Source: Candidatus Omnitrophota bacterium
Lineage (GTDB): Bacteria > Omnitrophota > Gorgyraeia > JABMRG01 > JAFGKX01
Reading direction: 5' to 3'
Length of the DNA: 64,000 bases
Assembly (NCBI GenBank): GCA_043797125.1
Contig: JAZDPX010000006.1
Coordinates: 6,921 to 70,920, forward strand
A program made the translations under genes and the position numbers. The stretch's first letter is position 1. Every line of letters starts with the position of its first letter. Below, piece by piece: positions 19,395 to 27,712 of this stretch. The notes under the pieces were generated by a model. The model had not been told where the DNA came from. It searched no databases and worked only from the letters and a program-made list of their open reading frames with translations.

Positions 19395-20370
19395 TAATCC
19401 TTATGCTGACATCGAGCAAAAATACATCCGGCGTTGGTGTATAATGCCGGCGTAACCTAATCCAGTCCTTTGTTGTTGTTATTATTGCGTCTGAGTTTGA
19501 ATCTTTGGCTCTTGCCTTAATTATTTCTACATCGCGCGCAGTATATTTATGGTGATCGGGATATTCAATTTTATCTGTTACCCGCGCATTTAAACTAAAA
19601 AGCATTTTAAAGAAAGAATCGTTATCGCCGACAGATGCGACAGCGCACAATCTTTTGCCTGATATATGGCTTAAATCAAATCTTTTATCCTCAAGCGGGG
19701 CAATTATTGAAACTGCCTTGTACTGCGCCTGGAAAACCTCCGCTTTGGGCGCTACTTTAGCGATGACATCTTTTGCGTACTGAATATTTTCCTTATCAGC
19801 CAGGTTAATCTTGGTAATCAGGATTATATCTGCCCTTGCAAGCGCGGATAGAGGCTCTCTTAATATCCCGGCGGGTATTAATCTTTCGTTGCCAAACGGG
19901 TTATTCGCATTTACTGTCACTATGTCCAGGTCTCTTTTTAATCGCCAGTGCTGAAATCCGTCGTCGAGAATTAATACGTCTGCGCCATGTCTGCCTTCTG
20001 CTTCCTTGGCGTTCGTTACGCGGTTTTTACCCGATAAAACCAGGGCATTGGCAAATTCTTTTAACATTCTATCTTCATCATCTCCGTAGCCCCTTATTAA
20101 AATTGCCGGCCTTTTGCCTTTTGCGCGCAGAAAATTATTCAAAAATATCGAAAGGCTGCTCTTGCCTGTGCCTCCCCATGTGATATTTCCCACGCTTATC
20201 ACTTTTGCCCTGGGCCTTGCGGATTTTAACAGGCCCAATCGAAAAAAAAGCTTAATAAACTCTATTGAGCCAAGGTAGACAAAAGAAAAAATTAATAAAA
20301 GCGGAGCCAGCAACACGTAAAAGTGCGAATAATTTGCTTTTGTCAGTAAGGAATAAATGAATTTTCTCAT
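19345..20370 (-). CDS. lpxK: Tetraacyldisaccharide 4'-kinase
   Basis: SVGNITWGGTGKS, RGYG, LDDGFQH, PAGILREP, DHHKY, TTTKD. Confidence 0.95.
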   Translation of the reverse strand: MRKFIYSLLTKANYSHFYVLLAPLLLIFSFVYLGSIEFIKLFFRLGLLKSARPRAKVISVGNITWGGTGKSSLSIFLNNFLRAKGKRPAILIRGYGDDEDRMLKEFANALVLSGKNRVTNAKEAEGRHGADVLILDDGFQHWRLKRDLDIVTVNANNPFGNERLIPAGILREPLSALARADIILITKINLADKENIQYAKDVIAKVAPKAEVFQAQYKAVSIIAPLEDKRFDLSHISGKRLCAVASVGDNDSFFKMLFSLNARVTDKIEYPDHHKYTARDVEIIKARAKDSNSDAIITTTKDWIRLRRHYTPTPDVFLLDVSIRIIDEEKFFNRISSLLAF

Positions 20371-20372
20371 GG

Positions 20373-20498
20373 TTTTTGCGCAGATTAGAAGTCACAGATG
20401 ATCGCAGATTAGAAGAAACAGATGATCGCAGATTTTAACCAAAGTAAACATCTGTGATCATCTTGCATCCTTTAATCTGTGATCATCTGCGTAAAAAA
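20373..20498. repeat. CAGATGATCGCAGAT-type palindromic element, copy 1
   Basis: Tandem CAGATGATC(G/A) units followed by inverted ATCTGTGATCATCT units. Confidence 0.9.
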
Positions 20499-20550
20499 TT
20501 TATTTTACGATAAGTAAATAATTTCGTGATGGCTAATTATAACACATAGT

Positions 20551-21831
20551 CTAAGAATGTAAAATAGTTTTTATAATATTAAGTGTTTTATTCGCGGCGC
20601 CCTGGTTTGCATAAACTGTCATTTTGGCCAAATGGCCGGTCTGTTTCGCTAATGCCTCGTTTTCATAAAGCATTTCTATGGCGCCCAGTAAGGAAGGCTG
20701 GTCTTTTACAAGGAAGGCCCCCTCTTTATCTAGGAGGAGGTTTGCTATATCTTCAAAATTCGACGTATACGGCCCAAAAAGAATACATTTGCCTAAAGAT
20801 GCCGGCTCTATCATATTTTGTCCGCCGTGTTTTATCAGGCTTCCTCCTACAAATACGAGCCATGCCAGACTGTAGAAAAGTTTGAGCTGGCCTATTGAGT
20901 CTAGTAAAAACACGGGACTGCTGTGGGCTGTGGGCTGGGGGCTGTGGGCTAATTCAGAAATTTTTACCGGAGTAAATCCATAGGATTTCACCAGTTTTAC
21001 CAGACTATCAGTACGCTCGATATGGCGGGGTGCGATTAAAAGAGATAGATCGTTATGCCTTTTTCCAAGTTCTTTATACGATTCAAGCAGAATCTGTTCT
21101 TCGCCCGGATGGGTGCTGCCCGCGACAATGAGTTTTTTCCCGCCGATGTTTAAGGCCTCGCGCATCTTTTGATTCTGGGCGTGGTCAACGCGGGAATCCA
21201 CGCTGTCAAATTTAATATTTCCGAAAATCTTGATTCTATCCGCGTCAGCGCCCAAAGAGGCTAATCTTCGCGCGTCTTCTTGCGTCCTGACCAAAAATAC
21301 GGTTACGCGGTTTAATATGCTTTTTAAAATAGGCTTTACGAACATATACCGTTTGTATGAATTCTGCGAAATTCTGCCGTTTGATAAAATTACCGGTATG
21401 TTACTTTTATGCAGTATCCTGATTAAATTCGGCCATATTTCGGTTTCAATTATTATAAAAATATGCGGATTTATCTGCCTTATAGCCCGTCTTACGCAGA
21501 ATGAGAAATCAAGCGGCATATAAATAACGGTTGTGTCAGCGGGCATTATTGTTTTGGCGAGATTATTGCCTGTCTCTGTTACTGTGGATATTACTATATT
21601 AAAATTTAAGTCTTTCTTAACGCTGTCCACAAGCGTTTTCGCGAGCATAACCTCGCCGACACTTACCGCGTGTACCCATATATTGCGCCCGGCCTCGAGT
21701 TTCTGTTTTACCTCATCCGGATACACCCCAAAGCGCATAGGTATCCCTTGCCTCTTTCGCCTCTTAAACGCAAAGACTGTGAGATAGAAGAGAATGAATA
21801 TTGAATATAATATTTGATAGATTATGTACAT
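20551..21831 (-). CDS. waaA: 3-deoxy-D-manno-octulosonic acid (Kdo) transferase
   Basis: WVHAVSVGE, ETEIWPN, GNIKFD, AGSTHPGEE, APRHIER, FVGGSL, GGQNMIEPA. Confidence 0.95.
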   Translation of the reverse strand: MYIIYQILYSIFILFYLTVFAFKRRKRQGIPMRFGVYPDEVKQKLEAGRNIWVHAVSVGEVMLAKTLVDSVKKDLNFNIVISTVTETGNNLAKTIMPADTTVIYMPLDFSFCVRRAIRQINPHIFIIIETEIWPNLIRILHKSNIPVILSNGRISQNSYKRYMFVKPILKSILNRVTVFLVRTQEDARRLASLGADADRIKIFGNIKFDSVDSRVDHAQNQKMREALNIGGKKLIVAGSTHPGEEQILLESYKELGKRHNDLSLLIAPRHIERTDSLVKLVKSYGFTPVKISELAHSPQPTAHSSPVFLLDSIGQLKLFYSLAWLVFVGGSLIKHGGQNMIEPASLGKCILFGPYTSNFEDIANLLLDKEGAFLVKDQPSLLGAIEMLYENEALAKQTGHLAKMTVYANQGAANKTLNIIKTILHS

Positions 21832-21898
21832 GTTGAAAATTAAAAATTTAAAAGTAAAAAGTAAAAATTACAATTCAAAATTAAAAATTGTTTCTGAC

Positions 21899-21925
21899 CT
21901 GGCAATTTCTGACCTGGTCAGAGTA
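21899..21925. repeat. Short palindromic REP (TCTGACCTGGTCAGA); partner at 24944-24969 (TCTAACCAGGTTAGA)
   Basis: Both copies share CTGGCAATT and GTA flanks; the palindrome shows a compensatory change. Confidence 0.75.
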
Positions 21926-22017
21926 TCATTTGCGCCTTTATATATTACTCTTTAAGGCAAGATTTGCAACAAAAAAACAGAATTAGTTAAAATCACAGGT
22001 TAAGTCTGTGGGTTAAT

Positions 22018-22073
22018 GAGTACGCTTCTATTTCCGCCGTCGGTTTTGCTTATCGGAAAATAGAAACGTACCC
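22018..22073. repeat. Family C hairpin repeat, copy 1
   Basis: GTACGCTTCTATTT...AAATAGAAACGTAC; 43-bp core identical to 23189-23231. Confidence 0.9.
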
Positions 22074-22108
22074 TTTTTATTTAAGTGGATGGGGAGGTAG
22101 GCGGGGTT

Positions 22109-23053
22109 TTAGGCAGCGGAATTAATCATATTTTGTATAGGGCTCTCTATAAAAAAGCTTGCGATATATTCTACTTTTATTCCGGTATCTTTTGGGCTAT
22201 CCGTTACAATTCTGTTCTCCTTGCAATATGTATTTTCACCAAGAGCCTCCTGTATAATCAACATGCCGGGAACATTAAGGGCATATTCAATTTGTTTGGC
22301 AAAATCCGCTGCTTTGTACGCTGAGATCTTACCGCCTCTTATAACCCAGGTATTACGCCAAACATTAATATGTGACCGGATAATATATATCATAGGCCCC
22401 CAGCACTTTTCATTTGTAATATCTCCGTAGAAAAAGTTATAGGTTGTTTGACCGCGCCATGGTTCAGGAAGATTGTCTACAAATTTCTTTAACCGTAGCG
22501 GAGACTCTTTCAACACCTTTGCATTAATATCAAACGCAACGATGTCTATATGTATTTTCTTGTTTGATTTTGTCGAAAAATTTATGATGGTATTCACTAC
22601 GTTCTTTATTTCATCACACCTTCTTCCCACGCCAAAGGTCTTGATGGTGACTTTGTCTTTTTTAGAATCAACGATAAGGCAAATGGTCTTTTCGATCGCT
22701 TTTATTTGCTCTTTATCAAACGGACAATTTGTCTGAGGAGTACTTGCCAAAAAGCATTTCTTAATAAGCTCCAACAAAAATATGTCATCCATATAGGTAT
22801 ATGGTAAAAACCATCTGGCTTTTTCTCCGATTTCCATATCAGATGTAATATGCAACGTAAAATGTCGGGAGAGCTCTTGTTCCGCAATTGTTATCAGGTT
22901 TTCCAAGTGCGTTGTATCTGCTGAAAGAATTTCTTCCGTCGATAAGATGCCTTCTTGGTCTGTGGTAGCCATCGGCCGCAGGGCGTAAGAGTGCGAAGCG
23001 TTAAGCGGTAAGGCCACTGCAATCGCTATTATTATCGCTATTATATTCCTCAT
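22109..23053 (-). CDS. Secreted protein with CheR-like class I SAM-methyltransferase fold
   Basis: Signal peptide MRNIIAIIIAIAVALPLNASHSYA then LRP; motifs VTIKTFGVG, IDIVAFDIN, FFYGDI, VWRNTW and ALNVPGMLII align with the CheR/class I layout. Confidence 0.6.
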   Translation of the reverse strand: MRNIIAIIIAIAVALPLNASHSYALRPMATTDQEGILSTEEILSADTTHLENLITIAEQELSRHFTLHITSDMEIGEKARWFLPYTYMDDIFLLELIKKCFLASTPQTNCPFDKEQIKAIEKTICLIVDSKKDKVTIKTFGVGRRCDEIKNVVNTIINFSTKSNKKIHIDIVAFDINAKVLKESPLRLKKFVDNLPEPWRGQTTYNFFYGDITNEKCWGPMIYIIRSHINVWRNTWVIRGGKISAYKAADFAKQIEYALNVPGMLIIQEALGENTYCKENRIVTDSPKDTGIKVEYIASFFIESPIQNMINSAA

Positions 23054-23149
23054 GAATTTTCCATTGACCATTGACTATCTTTTAATCACCATTGATTAAA
23101 TGTTTTAATTTAGCCGAAAATAAATCATCCCGAATGTAGAAGCTTCGCA

Positions 23150-23169
23150 CCTGCCTGCCGGCAGGCAGG
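23150..23169. repeat. Perfect palindrome CCTGCCTGCCGGCAGGCAGG (REP-like)
   Basis: Self-complementary 20-mer in the intergenic region. Confidence 0.75.
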
Positions 23170-23184
23170 AGTATTGAGTAGTGC

Positions 23185-23242
23185 GTACCGCTTCTATTTC
23201 CGCCGTCGGTTTTGCTTATCGGAAAATAGAACCGCCCCCTTT
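23185..23242. repeat. Family C hairpin repeat, copy 2
   Basis: 43-bp identity with 22023-22065. Confidence 0.9.
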
Positions 23243-23260
23243 TCACGTTTTCATTCAAGC

Positions 23261-24556
23261 TTATGCTGCTGAGTTGAAAGCTATTTCGGTTAGCAGGGGA
23301 TGCTCAATATACCAAGCACGCGCATATCCTACTATTCTATTGCGTATGAAAAGCTGTGTAAGTTCATCGCGATACTGCTTATCTTCCATGGCTTCAATTG
23401 TATCAAACAACGCATGGAGGACATGTATGCCCCTGTTGCTTATAACAAAACGGGATAAACGAAACAAATCCCTATCATAAATTAAGCTAAACATCTCGAA
23501 TACGAGCTCCATCACCGATTCATCCGCAATGTCGAACCAAACATTATCGGATACGGCGTTAGGATATTTTTCGGCCAACTTTACAAATTCTTTATAGCTG
23601 ATTTTTGTCAATATTATTATCGGTTTTCTATGCTTTGCCGCTTCGGCAAGAAAACCTGTTGTTTCTCCGCCTGGTTCTGATGAATGCGATGGTAGGCTTA
23701 CTAACCTATAAGTAGTTGTTTTATATGGCACTTTTATATCTTTTTCCATCTCTTCCTGTATTTTGCCTGTTTGTTCAAATTTTGGAAATTTAAAACCGGG
23801 AATTTTTACGATTTTTAACATATTGCCCCTACTAAGAAGGCTGACACCGGGCATATCAAGGCTATCGATGTATTTCGTCGCTTCTTCAGGTGCGCCATCG
23901 TGTATTATATTGGTCCTTCCCAAATCAGAATATATAACGCCGTATGTCTTGGTTACGCGTATTGTCTCTTCCAGCGCCGGTATTTTCTTTCCAATATACA
24001 GCGATACCGAATGGCAATAAAAAGCTATATCATATGTGCCATCCGGCATTGGAAGCTTATCATCCATATCCTGCCTTAGGTATCTTTTGTTTTTTCTTAA
24101 TCTATCTATATAGGATTGCGCCTGTTTAAGAGTAATTGCTCTGTTGCCTGTTTTTTTGAAAAAATCTGCTGATTTGTCTGCAGATCTGCATAATAAATCT
24201 TCCAGCGATGTAGCCGTAATATCTATGTTATCGCCATATCTTTGCATAAGCGAAAATGCTTCGAAGCCGCCGCCAATGCCTATTAATAATATTTTGATCG
24301 GGGTTCCGTTAGCATGCCTAATCATTAATTCTATCTCTTCGCATAAATTATACATACCCCTGTGCCCATAGCCGAATCCGCTGTTATTAGTCCTGTCTTC
24401 TGTGTATGGATTATCTGTTATCGGCTCAGGCGTTTCAGGCCAAAATGCAGCCTTTTGAGCATATGAATTGTCTACGGATACAGGGCGTAATCCTACTGCA
24501 TTTTGCGGCGTAATTAACACAGCCGTTATCGTTATTGCCAGTAGTTTCTTCAACAT
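23261..24556 (-). CDS. Secreted protein with class I SAM-methyltransferase domain
   Basis: SD AAAGGTGA then MLKKLLAITITAVLITPQNAVG-LRP; ILLIGIGGGFEA (motif I), LPMPDGTYDIAF, ALEETIRVTKTYGVIY. Confidence 0.7.
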   Translation of the reverse strand: MLKKLLAITITAVLITPQNAVGLRPVSVDNSYAQKAAFWPETPEPITDNPYTEDRTNNSGFGYGHRGMYNLCEEIELMIRHANGTPIKILLIGIGGGFEAFSLMQRYGDNIDITATSLEDLLCRSADKSADFFKKTGNRAITLKQAQSYIDRLRKNKRYLRQDMDDKLPMPDGTYDIAFYCHSVSLYIGKKIPALEETIRVTKTYGVIYSDLGRTNIIHDGAPEEATKYIDSLDMPGVSLLSRGNMLKIVKIPGFKFPKFEQTGKIQEEMEKDIKVPYKTTTYRLVSLPSHSSEPGGETTGFLAEAAKHRKPIIILTKISYKEFVKLAEKYPNAVSDNVWFDIADESVMELVFEMFSLIYDRDLFRLSRFVISNRGIHVLHALFDTIEAMEDKQYRDELTQLFIRNRIVGYARAWYIEHPLLTEIAFNSAA

Positions 24557-24668
24557 TATCTTTCTATCACCTTTAACAAAATGCCTTAAAAAAGCCGAAA
24601 ATGAAACAAGCCCCTGGCTGCGCATACAGCCAAGAGCTTGCCCTTTTCATTTTCTAAATTGTAATATT

Positions 24669-24696
24669 ATTATAACACAAATATTAGGAATTTCAA
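24669..24696 (-). promoter_or_regulatory. Sigma70-like promoter (TTGAAA-16-TATAAT, extended TG)
   Basis: Near-consensus hexamers upstream of the 24556 gene. Confidence 0.6.
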
Positions 24697-24771
24697 GGGA
24701 AATCGGACGCTCGAGTAGAACGCTCGAGATTAGTTATGAGTATTGAGTAGTGCTTAACAGAGGTCACAAGT

Positions 24772-24918
24772 TAGTCGATAGTCAATGGTCGATGGTCTAT
24801 AGTCACCCGTAGGCTATGTGCTATGGGCTGTGGGCTCTCGGACAGGCCAAAACGGGGCGTCCCTAATCAGACATGCTGGCGATTCGTTGTGCGTCGTGCG
24901 TATTGCGTTGTGCGTATT
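24772..24918. repeat. Cluster of degenerate 7-bp tandem repeats
   Basis: T(A/G)GTC(G/A/T)A x4-5, GCT(A/G)TG(T/G) x3 and GCGT(T/C/A)(G/T)T x5. Confidence 0.8.
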
Positions 24919-25068
24919 AAAAACGTCAATCCCAATTCCTAATCTGGCAATTCTAACCAGGTTAGAGTACCGTCAAAGCACCATTAGAATATCATTGGAC
25001 AGGTTACCGATTGGCTGCGTAAACGGTACGTACTCGTACTCGCTCGCGCACACTTATGATATTTATAT

Positions 25069-26388
25069 CTAGCATGACCTAATACTTACTTCTTTTCCAA
25101 GCATTTCCTTTTCGTTTTCAGTCCATAGACCAGTAAATTGAAGCTCAAATTTTTGCAGTATAGGTCTAGCATTAAAAGCCGCTACTTTTATCTCCAAAAT
25201 ATATTCTCCTGGTTCAATTAAATAGCCTTTATTATTCGACTTAACGATTTGTTCAAAACTAAATAGTGCCTTCCCTATATCCTCAACATCTTTGTTTTCT
25301 GCATCAATTAGCTGTCTTTTCTGCGGATCAAGAATATGCCCTAAATCACAATGTTTGTACATTGCCGGCGCAATTGCTGGAAAATACATTCCTCCGACAT
25401 ACGCCCAGACAAAATTCATTGGCAAAAAAAGTTCAACTGGTATTAGTTTTCCATTTTTACGTCTCTTTAAGGATTTGGCAAATACTTCTACTTTTTCTGC
25501 AACCGAGTTGCCATAATTCTCTATCCTAAACCTAAAATAAAAACCGTTGCAAATGTGTTTGCCATTTTCCCTATTTGTTACAGGTATCCTATGGCAATCC
25601 GGAGGGCTAAGAAAAATGTGAGCTTTTAGCTTGGGCCTGCTAACGTAAGAACGCATTTTATCTTGAAAAATTGCAATAGAAGCTAAAATTAGCGTTCCTA
25701 TAAAGCCGAGCACCTCACCAATTGTAATTGGTGTTAAACTAATAAACTTAGATACCATTTTTTCCTCCTTAGGGGGAATTTTTCCTAATGCAAATTCAGG
25801 AATATTTCTTGTTCGTAATGCATTGAATATTTTTGTAAAAAATTCGGGGTACATGGTTTGCGAAGAAGTAACCCAACTTTTATTTTCCTTATCATATTGA
25901 AAAACACCTTCATATATGTGCTTTGGGAAAAATGGGAAAAGTTTAAACTGCGGATATTTAAAATATATTGAAAGAAATATAAAATCTAATTCTTCAATTT
26001 TTTTAAAATCTACAGGATACATCAAAATTAAACCTGCAGAAGATTTGCCTGTGGGATAAAAAATGACACTTTGTCTCGTGTTCATAGAATTAGCACTAAT
26101 AACCTTTTCTTTCGAAGTTTTTTGCACCGACGGTTCCGCGTTTGATGTAATAATAAAGCCGCCTTCGACACAATATGCAGGTATGTTCCCAGTGTTTTGG
26201 ACATAAAAATATATTTTATCAGGACCACTAATAACTCTGCTTACATATAAAATTGGGGAAAACTGGAGAAGCAAGATAATAAACGAAATCCCCGCTGGCA
26301 ACCCCCATTTTACTAACACTTCTAGAAGTTTTCTTACTTTTTTATACCAAATTTTCTTAATAATATTTTTAAGATTCAAAGATAACAT
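25069..26388 (-). CDS. Hypothetical membrane-anchored protein, probably two fused genes
   Basis: 439-aa ORF with two TM-plus-soluble-domain units; internal AAGGAGG SD before an in-frame ATG at 25758. Confidence 0.65.
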   Translation of the reverse strand: MLSLNLKNIIKKIWYKKVRKLLEVLVKWGLPAGISFIILLLQFSPILYVSRVISGPDKIYFYVQNTGNIPAYCVEGGFIITSNAEPSVQKTSKEKVISANSMNTRQSVIFYPTGKSSAGLILMYPVDFKKIEELDFIFLSIYFKYPQFKLFPFFPKHIYEGVFQYDKENKSWVTSSQTMYPEFFTKIFNALRTRNIPEFALGKIPPKEEKMVSKFISLTPITIGEVLGFIGTLILASIAIFQDKMRSYVSRPKLKAHIFLSPPDCHRIPVTNRENGKHICNGFYFRFRIENYGNSVAEKVEVFAKSLKRRKNGKLIPVELFLPMNFVWAYVGGMYFPAIAPAMYKHCDLGHILDPQKRQLIDAENKDVEDIGKALFSFEQIVKSNNKGYLIEPGEYILEIKVAAFNARPILQKFELQFTGLWTENEKEMLGKEVSIRSC

Positions 26389-26482
26389 TTTATCTCACTG
26401 TTCATTTAAAAATACATGATTCGTGGCACGCTTCTATTTAGCAAAGGTTCATAATTTTAAATGGTAGCTGTCTAATTAATAT

Positions 26483-26538
26483 GTACGCTTCTATTTTTGG
26501 CTTGCTTTTAATTTTCAAAAAACAGAAACGTACCCTTT
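26483..26538. repeat. Family C hairpin repeat, copy 3 (diverged loop)
   Basis: GTACGCTTCTATTT...AGAAACGTACCCTTT arms as in copy 1. Confidence 0.75.
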
Positions 26539-26553
26539 ACTGCTTTTCGTCAG

Positions 26554-27321
26554 TTAAATTCTGCTGTATCTACCTTTGCCAAAAAATCTCAAATAACCTT
26601 TGTCTCTCAAAAATTGTAACTGTTGCCGTATTTTGTCTTTAATGTGCTTATTATTAGGATGTTTTTCTTGTAAAATTTTTTCGAACGAGTAAACTTCATC
26701 AAGGTTAAATTCTTGTTTGTCAAGCCTATCAACACAATTCATAACATCCAAAATCCACCCTTTTGTCGTAGCCTCTTTCTCTTCTCTTAAAAATAATGTT
26801 TTCTTCCAGTTTATCAGTATTTCGTTTTTGGGTTCAATCTGTCTATCCTTAATATAAAAAATTTTGCCTGACGGCGGAATATCTTGCAACGAAATATTAC
26901 AACCAACCCAGCCAAACCGTCTTGCCAGCCGCGAAAGAGGCTTTCTTTTCTCAATTATTTCTGGAACAAAGAAATGTTTTGGGATCACGAAAAAATTTAT
27001 AACTTCGAAATTTTTTAGATTATAATTTAGCAGAAAAAGATTAGGATTATTATAGCTTTGCAAGCGTTCAATCATTGTTTTATAAGCGCCATCAACAATC
27101 TTACTGCCTATATGATCTTTTTTGCTCTTCAATTCGTATTCTTCCTTGCAATCCATGCAGTAAAAATCAGCAACTGGCCTATTGTGTTCATATCGACAAA
27201 CACAGCGTCCGCAAGCTGGGCAAAAAACTTCTTTACCAACCCAATCTTCGCTTAAAACTCTTATCTTTTGCGAAGCGCTTTTATATGCCGCTGCCACATG
27301 CTTATTTAAATTAATATTCAT
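26554..27321 (-). CDS. DpnI-family (Dam-replacing protein) m6A-dependent restriction endonuclease
   Basis: SQKIRVLSEDW, CPACG, NRPVADFYC, EEYELKSK, DGAY, GWVGCNI and the C-terminal winged helix HPNNKHIKDKIRQQLQFLRDKG. Confidence 0.92.
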   Translation of the reverse strand: MNINLNKHVAAAYKSASQKIRVLSEDWVGKEVFCPACGRCVCRYEHNRPVADFYCMDCKEEYELKSKKDHIGSKIVDGAYKTMIERLQSYNNPNLFLLNYNLKNFEVINFFVIPKHFFVPEIIEKRKPLSRLARRFGWVGCNISLQDIPPSGKIFYIKDRQIEPKNEILINWKKTLFLREEKEATTKGWILDVMNCVDRLDKQEFNLDEVYSFEKILQEKHPNNKHIKDKIRQQLQFLRDKGYLRFFGKGRYSRI

Positions 27322-27463
27322 ATTCAACAGCTTTCGCCAAGCGTTTCATAACTCTAAAAATATGTTTTTTGCAATATCCGCTTTCTTGATAGTGCCTCTT
27401 TTCGTCACGCCAAAGGTAGCTTAAAAGAATGTTTATATCCTGTTTTATTTTTTTATTTAACAT
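27311..27463 (-). CDS. Small hypothetical protein (50 aa) overlapping the DpnI start
   Basis: AAAGGA SD, then MLNKKIKQDINILLSYLWRDEKRHYQESGYCKKHIFRVMKRLAKAVEYEY*; below the ORF-track cutoff. Confidence 0.6.
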   Translation of the reverse strand: MLNKKIKQDINILLSYLWRDEKRHYQESGYCKKHIFRVMKRLAKAVEYEY

Positions 27464-27479
27464 ACAAATTTCCTTTCTA

Positions 27480-27712
27480 GTGAGGTTTTTGCAGTGTGAG
27501 GTACGTCACTGGAAGCCTTTGTGTGCGTTGCCGGAGCGACTGTGCTGAGTGAGGCTTTCGCAATGCGAGGTGCATTAGAAATTTTTTTCCAAATGTCTTT
27601 TTAGAACTTACGACGAGGGAACGGCTAAGTTTAGATGTTTGGGAAAGTGACCGAGTCGTAAGTTCAAAAAGACGGAAAAAAATTTCAGCACCGAGCATGC
27701 GAAAGCCGAACC
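27480..27712 (+). repeat. Rod-like structured element, family B, copy 2
   Basis: Homologous to 12997-13263; abuts the xerC stop codon. Confidence 0.85.

Noticed and set aside
20373-20498. CRISPR-like appearance of the CAGATGATCGCAGAT repeats
   Set aside because: Units are short, partly inverted and lack unique spacers; no cas genes in the window.
24596-24653. c-di-GMP-I riboswitch (AGGGCAA resemblance)
   Set aside because: Missing the GNRA-capped P2 and the GACGCAAA core.
27455-27482. Possible dif site (GTATGTTAAAT resembles the XerD arm)
   Set aside because: No XerC arm at 6-bp spacing; the match is explained by the start of the small ORF.
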